Part shown: piece after piece, positions 41,201-50,998 of the stretch
Position numbering within the stretch: the stretch's first letter is position 1
How the letters are laid out: each line of letters begins with the position of its first letter
Assembly (NCBI GenBank): GCA_021801385.1
Contig: JAJYYC010000002.1
Span: forward strand, 45,238 to 109,237
Direction of reading: 5' to 3'
DNA from: Candidatus Micrarchaeota archaeon
Lineage (GTDB): Archaea > Micrarchaeota > Micrarchaeia > Micrarchaeales > Micrarchaeaceae
DNA: 64,000 nucleotides
Made by a program: the position numbers and the translations under genes
Notes under the pieces: generated by a model
Seen by the model: only the letters and a program-made list of their open reading frames with translations
The model's database searches: none
What the model was told of the DNA's origin: nothing

Positions 41201-43642
41201 ATGCTGATGAAAAAAGATAAGCAGCACGAACGCACGATAGATGGCGCACTGCTGGACGTCGATTACATAAATGTCGGCGACCGTTCTAAGATAAGGCTCA
41301 CCCTGAAGTCTTCAGATGGCAAGACATATGAGATATTCGATGAGTCTTTCAGGCCATATTTCTACCTGGTTCATGATGGCACGGTAAGCGACTTCTCATC
41401 TTTTGATAGCTCTGGCAAACAGATACGCCCAGCAAACGTAGAGTTATGTGCCCGCTCGCTCTTTGGCAAAGCGATAAATGCAAGCAAGATAATGCTCGAC
41501 AATGCATCGGATGTTCCGCGGCTGAGTTCTTCGCTTGCGAGCATCGGCACACCTTACGAGAACGACATACCATTCGCAAAACGCTATATAATCGACAAAA
41601 GCATAGTTCCGATGAACCCATACAGGTTCTCTTTTATTGAGAGCGATAACACGTTGTCGCTTTCTGATGTCGATAACTCAGATCTCCCTGCACCGGTTTT
41701 CAGCGTGATGTTCTTTGACATAGAGGTATACAACCCGCTAGGGGCTGTCAGGGCGGATAAGGATCCTGTAATAATGATAAGCTATGCGTTCAGGTCGGGA
41801 GACAAGAGAAAAGAGGGAGTGCTCACAACCAAACGCATAGGGCTTGATTATGTGTCTACGCATGCGACTGAGACGGAACTGATAAAAGGTTTCATGGCGC
41901 TCGTGAAGGAGCTTGACCCTGACATCATAGTCGGTTACAACTCTAGCGGATTCGACATAAAGTATCTTCTTGACAGGTCCGCTGTGCTGAAGATCGATTT
42001 CAACCTCGGAAGGTTCAGTGGTCAGACAAGGATAGAGAGCCACGGGCTGGTCACCAAAGTGAAGATTCCGGGCCGAATACACGTAGACATGTTTGTAGTG
42101 GTCAAGTTCATATCGGTGGTTGGTGCCTCTGAGAGCATATTAAAGATAAACAGCAAGACGCTCAAGAACGTCTATGAGGCGATAACAGGAGAAAGGAAGT
42201 TCGCTGTGGAGAAGCTTGACATATTCAAGCTCTGGGACGGTACTGATGATGACCTTAAGACGCTCGCGACGTACAACATGGCAGACACCTATGCGCTTGA
42301 GAAGGTATATGATACCTTCATACCTATCATGATGGAGCTTAGCAGGATCACATATAATGTGCTGAGCGACGTATGCGTTTCTACCACTGGGCAGCTGGTG
42401 GAATTTATGCTGATGCATAGTTCAAGGCTCGCGAACGAGATCATACCGAACAAGCCAAGCGAGGGCGAATCCAAAGCCAGGCTTTCTGATCCGATAGAGG
42501 GCGCATATGTTAAGACCCCTGAACCAGGCATATATGACAACCTTGTGATGTTCGACTTCAGGGGGCTGTACCCTTCGATAATCATCGCATACAACATAGA
42601 TCCGTCTAATATATGCACCGATTGCTCAGACTACTACGAATCGCCTGACGGAGTGAGGTTCAGTAAGGCAAGGAAGAGCATCATGCCAGAGCTGCTCCAG
42701 ATGATGATAAACCAGCGCGCAGAGGTCAAGAAAGCTTACAAAAAGGATCCGAAGAACATATTTTTAGGATCGCGTTCTATGGCGCTCAAGATCGTCTCAA
42801 ATTCATTCTACGGATATTTAGGCTATGCTAGGTCGCGTTGGTACTCGCGGGCGTGCGCCTCCAGTGTGACCGCATACGGAAGGCAGTACATAAAGGATGT
42901 TATGGCACGTGCGGATGCGCAGGGAATGAGAGTTATATATGGAGACACAGACAGCCTTGTCATGCTTATGGGCGGCAAGAGCAAAGAGGATGCGTTAAGG
43001 TTCATGAAGGAGTATAACACAACGCTTCCAGGCTCGATGGAGCTGGAGCTCGAGGACTTTTACAGGCGAGGGGTCTTCGTTGGCAAGAAGACAGACAAGA
43101 CAGAGTCGGGCGCGAAGAAGAAGTATGCGCTGATATCCGAGTCTGGCAAGATAAAGATACGCGGTTTTGAACTTGTCAGGAGGGACTGGTCGAAGATAGC
43201 CAGGGACACCCAGCGCATGGTGCTTGAGGCGATACTTAAAGAGGGTGACAAGAATGTTGCGGCTGGCATAGTCACCAAAGCGGTTGAGGCTTTGAGGAAA
43301 GGAACCGTACCGATGTCAGATCTTGTGATAAATACGCAGCTCAGGAAAAGCATAGAGGGATACGACCTTAAATCGCCTGAGCTTGCGGCCGCAAGGAGGG
43401 CCGTTAAAGAGGGGCTGAAACGCCGCGACGAGGTGGAGGGTGCGGTTATAGGCTACATCATAACGAAGCGCGGCGGTAGCGCGATATCCGACAGGGCTGT
43501 GCTGGCGGAGTTTGCGACAGACTATGACCCTGATTATTATATAAACAAGCAGGTGATACCTGCTACGATGAGGATACTCAAGGAGCTCAACTTCAATGAA
43601 GACGAACTGAAGGGGCTTGGTACGCAGAAGAAACTGATGTAG
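41201..43642 (+). CDS. polB: family B DNA polymerase
   Basis: Exo I FDIEV, DFRGLYPSIII (SLYPSII motif A), LKIVSNSFYGYLG (motif B) and VIYGDTDSL (motif C). Confidence 0.92.
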   Translation: MLMKKDKQHERTIDGALLDVDYINVGDRSKIRLTLKSSDGKTYEIFDESFRPYFYLVHDGTVSDFSSFDSSGKQIRPANVELCARSLFGKAINASKIMLDNASDVPRLSSSLASIGTPYENDIPFAKRYIIDKSIVPMNPYRFSFIESDNTLSLSDVDNSDLPAPVFSVMFFDIEVYNPLGAVRADKDPVIMISYAFRSGDKRKEGVLTTKRIGLDYVSTHATETELIKGFMALVKELDPDIIVGYNSSGFDIKYLLDRSAVLKIDFNLGRFSGQTRIESHGLVTKVKIPGRIHVDMFVVVKFISVVGASESILKINSKTLKNVYEAITGERKFAVEKLDIFKLWDGTDDDLKTLATYNMADTYALEKVYDTFIPIMMELSRITYNVLSDVCVSTTGQLVEFMLMHSSRLANEIIPNKPSEGESKARLSDPIEGAYVKTPEPGIYDNLVMFDFRGLYPSIIIAYNIDPSNICTDCSDYYESPDGVRFSKARKSIMPELLQMMINQRAEVKKAYKKDPKNIFLGSRSMALKIVSNSFYGYLGYARSRWYSRACASSVTAYGRQYIKDVMARADAQGMRVIYGDTDSLVMLMGGKSKEDALRFMKEYNTTLPGSMELELEDFYRRGVFVGKKTDKTESGAKKKYALISESGKIKIRGFELVRRDWSKIARDTQRMVLEAILKEGDKNVAAGIVTKAVEALRKGTVPMSDLVINTQLRKSIEGYDLKSPELAAARRAVKEGLKRRDEVEGAVIGYIITKRGGSAISDRAVLAEFATDYDPDYYINKQVIPATMRILKELNFNEDELKGLGTQKKLM

Positions 43643-43649
43643 TGGTATT

Positions 43650-44564
43650 ATGGATGAAGAGAATGTTGATGATCTGAAGCTGAATGAAGAGGTAGGCAGG
43701 GTTTCTGTTGATGCGATACTCCACGCCGCGAAGCTTGTCAAGCCTGGCGCAAGCCTCCTCGATGTTGCAGTAGCAAGCGAGAAGTACCTTGCTGATATTG
43801 GCTACTCTCCAGCGTTTCCGATAAACCTATCGATAAATCAGAGGGCCGCACATTACACGCCGACGTTCGAGGATATGACTCTGTTCGGTGAAAACGACGT
43901 TGTTAAGGTCGACTTCGGCGCAGAAAAGAACGGGATTCTCGGGGATGGCGCGCTCACTGTTGACCTATCGGGCAACCATTCAGAGATGATCGATGCTGCA
44001 GAGAATGCGCTCGAGGCGGCAATCTCCAAGGTGAAGGTCGGAGTAGAGGTGCGCGAGATAGGTAGGGAGATAGAGAGGGTTGTGAGCTCTGCGGGCTTTT
44101 CACCAATACGGAACCTTGGCGGGCACGGGATAGGCGTGAATGAGCTGCACGAAGGCGTATTCATACCTAACTATGACAATGGCGACACCACCAGGCTCGA
44201 GGAGGGTCAGACTGTTGCTATAGAGCCCTTTGTGACCGATGGCAAGGGCATGGTCAGGGATGAGGCGGTGTGCGAGATATACACGTTCGTTGGCCATGCG
44301 GGTGTGAGGAGCCCTGTCGCGAGGAATGTGCTTGCCGAGATAGAGAAAAGTTACGGTCAAAATCCTTTCGCTGCTCGCTGGCTTGCTCGCATTGCTGGTT
44401 CGAAGTTCGGGCTCTACGCCTCTATGTCGGAACTGGTACGGGTTGGTGCGATAGAGCCAAATCCTGTTCTGATCGAATCTGGCAACGGGATAGTTACGCA
44501 GGCAGAGGCCGAACTCGTTGTTGAGAAGGATGGTTGCAGGATTCTCACGATGGTAAAGCGATAG
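43650..44564 (+). CDS. map: methionine aminopeptidase, type 2 (archaeal)
   Basis: INQRAAHYTP, GGHGIG, and a pita-bread-fold pattern at about 300 aa. Confidence 0.9.
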   Translation: MDEENVDDLKLNEEVGRVSVDAILHAAKLVKPGASLLDVAVASEKYLADIGYSPAFPINLSINQRAAHYTPTFEDMTLFGENDVVKVDFGAEKNGILGDGALTVDLSGNHSEMIDAAENALEAAISKVKVGVEVREIGREIERVVSSAGFSPIRNLGGHGIGVNELHEGVFIPNYDNGDTTRLEEGQTVAIEPFVTDGKGMVRDEAVCEIYTFVGHAGVRSPVARNVLAEIEKSYGQNPFAARWLARIAGSKFGLYASMSELVRVGAIEPNPVLIESGNGIVTQAEAELVVEKDGCRILTMVKR

Positions 44565-44583
44565 CAGATGTTGGGGCTCTTAC

Positions 44584-44613
44584 GACGACAACCACTACCA
44601 GTTGTTGTTTTTT
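44584..44613 (+). terminator. hairpin plus T-run after map
   Basis: gacgacaac-(8 nt loop)-gttgttgtt forms about a 9-bp stem (with G-U pairs) and runs into tttttt (44608-44613). Confidence 0.45.
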
Positions 44614-44652
44614 ACAGAATCTGATATAGTAGTAACCTGATTTATTCATACG

Positions 44653-44662
44653 GTATAAAAAG
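44653..44662 (+). promoter_or_regulatory. TATA box of the ribonucleotide reductase operon
   Basis: gtataaaaag is centred about 22 nt upstream of ATG 44679, implying a leaderless mRNA. Confidence 0.5.
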
Positions 44663-44678
44663 GTTCACTGAATATAAG

Positions 44679-47516
44679 ATGTCGCTTGGTGGATTTATGG
44701 CGAATAAAATAAGGAAAAGGGACGGCTCTGTTGTTGATTTTGACGCTTCTAAGATAAAAGCAGCTGTTGCTAAGGCTATCGGCGCGGTCCGCGGCGGCGT
44801 TGTGGATGCCGAGCTGAACAAGATCATGTCGCTTGTGATATCAGACATCGACGCCACATATAAGTCCTCTAACGTTGAGGTGGAGGGCGTTCAGGATATA
44901 GTTGAGCAGTGCCTGATGAAAGCCGGTTACTATGACGTGGCAAAGGCATACATACTATATAGGGAGAGGCATGCCGAGATCCGCAAGGAGAGGAGAAACG
45001 AGACGCTTAAGAGCATTGAGGAGAAGCGCATGTTTGTCGTCAATGCGGATGGTCAGAGAGAGCTTTTCGACGAGCAGCGGCTGAGGCGCTTCATCAGCGA
45101 GGCTTGTGCAGGATACGAAGGCGTTGTTAATGTCGAGGAGATATTAGTACAGTGCGAATCAGGTGTGCATGACGGCATGCACACAAAGGATGTCGCAGAG
45201 CTCGCTGTTATGACAGCGCGCGGCTTTATAGAGCGCAATCCTTTATACGATACAATCACATCACGCCTGTTCCTTTCGAATCTATATTATGAAGCGACAG
45301 GAAAGAGAGAGCATGACCCTGCTGCGGCTTTCGCTTCCAACATAAGGCTTGCTGTGAGTCAGGGCAGGCTGGATCCTGAGATTCTTAAGTTCGACCTTGA
45401 TAGGCTCTCCAAGGAGCTGGTGGTTGAAAGGGATGAGCTCATACCTTACAGGGGTCTGCAGACGCTATATGACAGGTATTTCATCTCAGACATATCAAAT
45501 AAACGCGTTATAGAGACGCCGCAGTCGTTCTGGATGCGCGTTGCTATGGGTCTGGCGATTAATGAGAAGAACAGAGACGATCGTGCTATAGAGTTTTATG
45601 GTGTGCTCTCAAGGATAGAGTTTGTGAGCTCCACTCCGACGCTCTTCCATTCGGGCACGATGCACCCTCAGATGAGCTCATGTTACCTGACGACCATACA
45701 GGATGACCTTGTTGACATATTCAAGTCGTATTCTGATAACGCACAGCTTTCGAAGTGGTCCGGAGGTGTCGCAAACGACTGGGGCAACATAAGGGCTACG
45801 GGCGCATACATAAAGTCAACGGGCGTAGAGAGCCAGGGTGTCATACCGTTCCTTAAGATCGCAAATGATGTGACGGTGGCGATAAACAGGAGCGGAAAGC
45901 GGCGCGGTGCGACATGCTCATACATAGAGGCATGGCACGCAGACGTTGAGGATTTCATAGACCTGCGCAGGAACACGGGAGACGAGCGCAGAAGGACGCA
46001 TGACATGAACATTGCATTGTGGGTGCCTGACCTTCTTGTCAAGCGCGTGATCTCCGATGGCGAATGGACTCTGTTCTCGCCCGATGAGGTGCCTGAGCTA
46101 CACCACATATACGGACGTAAGTTTGAGGACGCATATTCAGAATACGAGAAGGCGGCTGGCGAGGGCAGGATAAGACTGTTCAAGCGCATGAAGGCGAGGG
46201 ATATCTGGAAGAAGATACTCACACAGCTTTACGAGACTGGCCATCCATGGATAACGTTCAAGGATCCTTCCAACATAAGGTCTCCGCAAGACCATGTTGG
46301 GGTTGTGCACAACTCTAACCTCTGCACAGAGATAACATTAAACACCTCTAAGGATGAAACAGCTGTCTGCAACCTGGGGTCGCTCAACCTATCAAAGCAC
46401 ATAACAGATGGCAAGCTGGACATGGAAAAGATCGCGAGAAGCGTAAAGACCGCTATGCGCATGCTCGACAACGTGATAGACCTTAATTATTACCCAACGG
46501 TTGAGGCAAAAAGATCTAACATGAGGCACAGGCCGGTAGGTCTGGGTATCATGGGCTTCCAGGATGCGCTCTACATGATGGGTATAAACTTCGCATCCGA
46601 AGATGCTGTCAAATTCGCTGATGAGAGTATGGAGCTCATATCATACCATGCTATAATGGCATCTTCAGAGCTTGCTGCTGAACGTGGTGCATACGAAACA
46701 TTCAAGGGATCGAAGTGGGATAGGGGCATATTCCCTATAGACACATTAGACCTGCTCGAACAGGAACGTGGCATAAAGATAAATGTGGCAAGGACATCCA
46801 CGCTTAATTGGGAGCCTGTGCGCGAATCGGTCAAAAAGAATGGCATGAGGAACTCAAACTGCATGGCGATAGCACCAACAGCTACAATATCTAACATCGC
46901 TGGCTGCTTCCCATCAATAGAGCCGATATACAACGAGGTATATGTGAAATCCAACATGAGCGGGGAGTTCACAGTGGTTGACAGGTATCTTGTGGAGGAC
47001 CTCAAGAAAGAGGGCCTATGGAACAAACACATTCTCGAAGAGATAAAAGCCAGCGACGGCACGATACAGAACATAAACGCAATACCTACACGGATAAAGG
47101 AGAGGCACAAGAACGCTTTTGAGATCGAGCCTGAGTGGCTGATAAAGATAGCCGCATATAGGGGTAAGTGGATAGACCAGAGCCAATCCCTAAACATATT
47201 CACCAACACCACATCGGGCAAAAGGCTTTCTGAGATCTACCTGAATGCATGGATGATGGGGCTTAAGACCACCTATTATCTTAGGACGCTCGCAGCATCT
47301 TCTATAGAGAAGAGCACGGTCAGCATAAACAGGCAGACAACCAAGGCTGCTGGCACCCAAGAAGCAGAGGCCGTAGCGCAGATTGTCGTAGAATCGGTGA
47401 GCGGGGCAACAGAGGATGTTCACCAATCAGTAGAAGAAAAGAAGCTTGATGCTTCTGAGGGCTTTGAGATAAAGGCTTGTAAGATAGAAGATCCGGATTG
47501 CGAAGCATGCCAATAG
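44679..47516 (+). CDS. nrdA: class I ribonucleotide reductase alpha subunit with an N-terminal ATP-cone
   Basis: ATP-cone IRKRDGSVVDFDASKI, active-site SNLCTEI, and C-terminal Cys pairs (ACKIEDPDCEAC). Confidence 0.9.
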   Translation: MSLGGFMANKIRKRDGSVVDFDASKIKAAVAKAIGAVRGGVVDAELNKIMSLVISDIDATYKSSNVEVEGVQDIVEQCLMKAGYYDVAKAYILYRERHAEIRKERRNETLKSIEEKRMFVVNADGQRELFDEQRLRRFISEACAGYEGVVNVEEILVQCESGVHDGMHTKDVAELAVMTARGFIERNPLYDTITSRLFLSNLYYEATGKREHDPAAAFASNIRLAVSQGRLDPEILKFDLDRLSKELVVERDELIPYRGLQTLYDRYFISDISNKRVIETPQSFWMRVAMGLAINEKNRDDRAIEFYGVLSRIEFVSSTPTLFHSGTMHPQMSSCYLTTIQDDLVDIFKSYSDNAQLSKWSGGVANDWGNIRATGAYIKSTGVESQGVIPFLKIANDVTVAINRSGKRRGATCSYIEAWHADVEDFIDLRRNTGDERRRTHDMNIALWVPDLLVKRVISDGEWTLFSPDEVPELHHIYGRKFEDAYSEYEKAAGEGRIRLFKRMKARDIWKKILTQLYETGHPWITFKDPSNIRSPQDHVGVVHNSNLCTEITLNTSKDETAVCNLGSLNLSKHITDGKLDMEKIARSVKTAMRMLDNVIDLNYYPTVEAKRSNMRHRPVGLGIMGFQDALYMMGINFASEDAVKFADESMELISYHAIMASSELAAERGAYETFKGSKWDRGIFPIDTLDLLEQERGIKINVARTSTLNWEPVRESVKKNGMRNSNCMAIAPTATISNIAGCFPSIEPIYNEVYVKSNMSGEFTVVDRYLVEDLKKEGLWNKHILEEIKASDGTIQNINAIPTRIKERHKNAFEIEPEWLIKIAAYRGKWIDQSQSLNIFTNTTSGKRLSEIYLNAWMMGLKTTYYLRTLAASSIEKSTVSINRQTTKAAGTQEAEAVAQIVVESVSGATEDVHQSVEEKKLDASEGFEIKACKIEDPDCEACQ

Positions 47517-47523
47517 TGATTTG

Positions 47524-48522
47524 ATGAAGAAGCAGATACTGAATTCCTCCGATACTGACCCGAACAAGATACTTCCGATAAAATATCCTTGGGCTAGGGC
47601 ATATTACAAGACGGGCGTAGCGAACAACTGGGTGCCGGAAGAGATACCGATGATGGATGACATAGAGCTATGGAAGAACAAGACCCTACTGAATGAGGAT
47701 GAGAGGCGCATGGTGCTCTGGAACCTTGGGTTCTTTTCCACCGCAGAGAGCCTTACGGCGAACAACATAGTGCTTTCCATATACAAGCATATCACGAACC
47801 CTGAATGCAGACAGTATCTGCTCAGGCAGGCTTATGAAGAGGCTGTGCACACCGAGACGTTCATATACAGCTGCGATTCGCTAGGTCTCGACCCGGATCA
47901 CATATACAATATGTATATCAACATACCTAGCATAAAGAAGAAGGACGATTTTGTCGTAGAGATAACTCGCTCGCTGTTAGACCCGGGATTCAGCACTATC
48001 GGAAAGGAGAATATTTCAAAGTTCGTGAACGACCTTGTGGGTTACTATGTGATCATGGAGGGCATATTCTTCTATGCGGGGTTTGCGATGATGCTCTCTT
48101 TCAAGAGGAGCAACAAGATGATAGGCATAGGCGAGCAGTTCCAGTACATACTGCGCGACGAATCAGTACATCTTGCTTTCGGTACAGACCTAATAAACGC
48201 AATAGTGTCAGAGAACCCTGACATCTGGACAGAGCAGTTCAGAGACAGTATAGTGGAGAGCATAAAGAAGGCGGTGGAGTTGGAGTCGGAATACGCAAGG
48301 GACTGCCTGCCAAAGGGATTGCTGGGTATGAACGCGGATACGATATCACAATATGTGAGGTACATCGCAGACAGAAGGCTGGAGCGTCTGAACCTGCCAA
48401 TAGTTTATAACGATTCTAACCCGTTCCCGTGGCTTAGTGAGATAATAGACATTAGAAAGGAGAAGAATTTCTTCGAAACAAGGGTAACAGAATACAAGAC
48501 AGGAGGGCAGCTAGAGTGGTAA
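47524..48522 (+). CDS. nrdB: class I ribonucleotide reductase beta subunit (di-iron, ferritin-like)
   Basis: The EEAVHTETF and RDESVHLAF iron-ligand motifs. The gene lies immediately downstream of nrdA. Confidence 0.9.
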   Translation: MKKQILNSSDTDPNKILPIKYPWARAYYKTGVANNWVPEEIPMMDDIELWKNKTLLNEDERRMVLWNLGFFSTAESLTANNIVLSIYKHITNPECRQYLLRQAYEEAVHTETFIYSCDSLGLDPDHIYNMYINIPSIKKKDDFVVEITRSLLDPGFSTIGKENISKFVNDLVGYYVIMEGIFFYAGFAMMLSFKRSNKMIGIGEQFQYILRDESVHLAFGTDLINAIVSENPDIWTEQFRDSIVESIKKAVELESEYARDCLPKGLLGMNADTISQYVRYIADRRLERLNLPIVYNDSNPFPWLSEIIDIRKEKNFFETRVTEYKTGGQLEW

Positions 48523-48524
48523 AA

Positions 48525-48974
48525 TCATAATCTGGAGCTGACCATATTGATGTGACCGTCGCATTCGGTGTTAAGCTCCTGCCTGAGCTTGCACCATGCC
48601 TCTCTGTATATCGTCTTCTTTTCCTTAACTGCATTAAAGTTGAGCCATGCTGAGAAGAGCATTTCTGGCATTTCTATCTGCGCGACCTCGTTGATGTCTG
48701 TGCTTCGGACCTTCTTCCACTTCCATTTCTCTGCCTGGACATATTCCTCTTTTACTATAGGAGAGCGCAACGAGTTGGGATTCTTGCTTATTATGCACTT
48801 GTATGTCTGCCACGAATGGGCAGATGAGAATGAGCTGATTAGTACCGCTTCAGCGATCCTAATCGCGTCGCCTGAAGTTATGCTTGCTTCCGGCTTCAGT
48901 GACACTTCACGAAACATCGACACGAGTTCGTCGTTTCTGGTGAGGTTAATCTTTGTAGGCATCCCACATCCCAA
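48525..48974 (-). CDS. hypothetical protein
   Basis: 149-aa ORF filling the gap. The overlapping plus-strand ORF 48568..49011 is hydrophobic, low-complexity and less likely. No family recognised. Confidence 0.5.
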   Translation of the reverse strand: MGCGMPTKINLTRNDELVSMFREVSLKPEASITSGDAIRIAEAVLISSFSSAHSWQTYKCIISKNPNSLRSPIVKEEYVQAEKWKWKKVRSTDINEVAQIEMPEMLFSAWLNFNAVKEKKTIYREAWCKLRQELNTECDGHINMVSSRL

Positions 48975-49028
48975 CCAACACTTTTATATCATTAACATGT
49001 TAAGTATATAAATAGAGAAGGTGACTTG

Positions 49029-49442
49029 ATGGGTCTGTTAAACATTTTTGGAAAGAAGGATTCGATTGATGACATAGGTAAACGCGTGCCGTTTTCTATA
49101 TCGACAGAACTTGTTCCGTACAAGCTTTATGCGAGAAGAAAAAGCTCTGCTATGCTCAGAGTGAAGGTTGCGAACCTAACAAATGACGTACTGCTCACTT
49201 CGATTGTTGCGGAGACTCCTGGCAAGATAGGTTTTGATGAAATCGGAATGTCAAAGCAGCGCGAGATACGCATAGGCGAGATGCAACCGAAAGAGAAGAA
49301 GGAGGTTGTGTTTGAAGTGTTTAGCGGAGTGGGATCTGAGGCTGGTGATTACACCGTTGGACTCACTGCGATAGCGCACTACAGGGATTATGGCCATGTT
49401 CTAAACGCGGTGAAGCGGCGCATATCAATAGGCGTGGTGTAG
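49029..49442 (+). CDS. hypothetical protein (beta-sandwich-like composition)
   Basis: 137-aa ORF with the ATG just after a TTG. No family recognised. Confidence 0.55.
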   Translation: MGLLNIFGKKDSIDDIGKRVPFSISTELVPYKLYARRKSSAMLRVKVANLTNDVLLTSIVAETPGKIGFDEIGMSKQREIRIGEMQPKEKKEVVFEVFSGVGSEAGDYTVGLTAIAHYRDYGHVLNAVKRRISIGVV

Positions 49443-49444
49443 TT

Positions 49445-49750
49445 TCAGGTTTGCGCCTTTGGGGCTGGCGCATTTGAAGGCTGAGGAGAAGGAGACATGA
49501 GCGCGTATATCTCAGATAGATGGTCAGCGATTTTCTTTCCCTTATCAGTAAGACGGTAGATTTTGGTCTTTCCGTGCTGCTCGTTTTTAACTATTCCGCG
49601 CGCATCGCAAGAGGATAGGAATGTGCTTGCATGTACATACGTTGTGCCTGTAGCTCGTGCTAGCGATGATATGCTGATATCCTGAGATGAGTCATTTATC
49701 GCAAGCAATAGTTTTGCCTGCTTGTCTTTTAGTAGCAATGAACCAGGCAT
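49445..49750 (-). CDS. winged-helix transcription regulator
   Basis: ISISSLARATGTTYVHASTFLSSCDARGIVKNEQHGKTKIYRLTDKG has an HTH-plus-wing pattern. Confidence 0.65.
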   Translation of the reverse strand: MPGSLLLKDKQAKLLLAINDSSQDISISSLARATGTTYVHASTFLSSCDARGIVKNEQHGKTKIYRLTDKGKKIADHLSEIYALMSPSPQPSNAPAPKAQT

Positions 49751-49818
49751 GAAAACACCATATGAAGGTTTTTATAGCTCAAATTATATTAATATTGTGC
49801 CGAAGGTGTGGTTCACAT

Positions 49819-50322
49819 ATGGCTGTACTAAGCAGGCTTGCGCTTTTTGACCTAATCATAGGTGCGATTATAATTGTTGGCGCGCTGATATCAGCAGGAG
49901 CTATGGCTCTCACAATAACAAAAGGCATTCAGACGCACACGTACGATGTGCTAAGAGTTTATGTTGACAGGATCGTATTGGACATACTGGTACCTCTGGT
50001 TGGCGGCATAGCGCTAGTTTTTACAGGATATAGGATGATTAAGACCGCAGAACATTCGATAACAATTGATAGGAAGAAAGAGATAAGAAACAGCACGAGC
50101 ATTACGCGCAACCGTGTTATAGACACTGTCCTATCAAATGATGAAAAGAGGATATTTAACCTTATAAAAGAAAGCAAAGGAGGAGCTCTGCAGTCCGACA
50201 TAGTTGTTTACACAGGATTCTCAAAGGTAAAAGTCCACAGGATACTGAAGAGCTTGGAGAATAAGGAGCTTATAAGACGCGGAAGGTTCGGGATAACAAA
50301 CAAAGTAATGTTAAAGAAATAA
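49819..50322 (+). CDS. membrane-anchored winged-helix protein
   Basis: Two TM helices, then RIFNLIKESKGGALQSDIVVYTGFSKVKVHRILKSLENKELIRR. I prefer ATG 49819 to the track start at 49762. Confidence 0.6.
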   Translation: MAVLSRLALFDLIIGAIIIVGALISAGAMALTITKGIQTHTYDVLRVYVDRIVLDILVPLVGGIALVFTGYRMIKTAEHSITIDRKKEIRNSTSITRNRVIDTVLSNDEKRIFNLIKESKGGALQSDIVVYTGFSKVKVHRILKSLENKELIRRGRFGITNKVMLKK

Positions 50323-50323
50323 C

Positions 50324-50396
50324 GGGGCTGTACGCTAACCTGGCAGACTACCGCGTTCGGGTCGCGGCTATCCGAGTTCGAATCTCGGCAGCCCCA
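50324..50396 (+). tRNA. tRNA-Pro (anticodon CGG)
   Basis: The acceptor GGGGCTG/CAGCCCC is perfect, the anticodon stem is CCGCG/CGCGG with loop TT-CGG-GT, and the T arm is CCGAG-TTCGAAT-CTCGG. I could not draw a clean 4-bp D stem by eye. Confidence 0.7.
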
Positions 50397-50456
50397 TTCT
50401 GTTTATTTTTTAGATAGGCGTAAATATCTTTTCTGAATAATTATATTGATGATAAT

Positions 50457-50696
50457 ATGAAGGATGAGATATCTGAATTTCACGCAAAGAAGATGGAGAT
50501 GTGGAAAAGAAAGGAGGAGATGTTGAATTCGATGAGCGAGAAGGAGCTTCGCGCATACATAAAGGGTTACATGATGGGCCAAAGGTCAGTATTCAAGCAT
50601 CTAGATATGATAAGCGGAAACGGCTGTGGTTGTGGCTGCAATGGAGGGCAATCGTGCGGATGCGGAGGCAGCAGCTGCAACTGCGGAAAGGAATAA
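50457..50696 (+). CDS. small helical protein with a C-terminal (Cys-Gly)n tail
   Basis: 79 aa. The N-terminal 50 aa are charged and helical, and the tail is GNGCGCGCNGGQSCGCGGSSCNCGKE. Confidence 0.6.
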   Translation: MKDEISEFHAKKMEMWKRKEEMLNSMSEKELRAYIKGYMMGQRSVFKHLDMISGNGCGCGCNGGQSCGCGGSSCNCGKE

Positions 50697-50734
50697 TCTT
50701 AGCGGTTTATCTAAAACCGCTAAGATTCAGCGGT

Positions 50735-50947
50735 TTAATCTCTTTTCCTCAGCAGCTTATTTGATATAAAACCATCATCTCGCAGAAGCCAACCTACCGC
50801 GGTACTGCCCGGAATATATGATAATAGTATTCCTGCTACTGCAAGGGTTTTTTCTGTATCTTGACCTTTAACGATAAATGATCCTGTAATAGCCGCTCCG
50901 GCTAGTATACCTGTTGCTATTGAGGCTTTCGTCTTTGTTGACACCAT
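50735..50947 (-). CDS. small two-TM membrane protein
   Basis: 70-aa ORF with two hydrophobic segments, downstream of the pilin-like gene on the same strand. Confidence 0.45.
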   Translation of the reverse strand: MVSTKTKASIATGILAGAAITGSFIVKGQDTEKTLAVAGILLSYIPGSTAVGWLLRDDGFISNKLLRKRD

Positions 50948-50998
50948 ATTATCACAGTCATATTTCGCGTACCAAATATAAGTATTAGTATGGAATTT

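Noticed and set aside
46571-47221. 216-aa minus-strand ORF and other antisense ORFs in the RNR alpha gene
   Set aside because: The plus strand encodes a full-length class I RNR alpha subunit with an ATP-cone and the NLCTEI motif. The antisense product is Ser/Phe-rich with no motif.
41201-47516. Inteins in PolB or the RNR alpha subunit, which are common in archaea
   Set aside because: PolB is 813 aa with contiguous motifs A, B and C. The extra length of the RNR alpha subunit is an ATP-cone plus a C-terminal tail. I saw no Cys/Ser-start ... His-Asn-end intein blocks.
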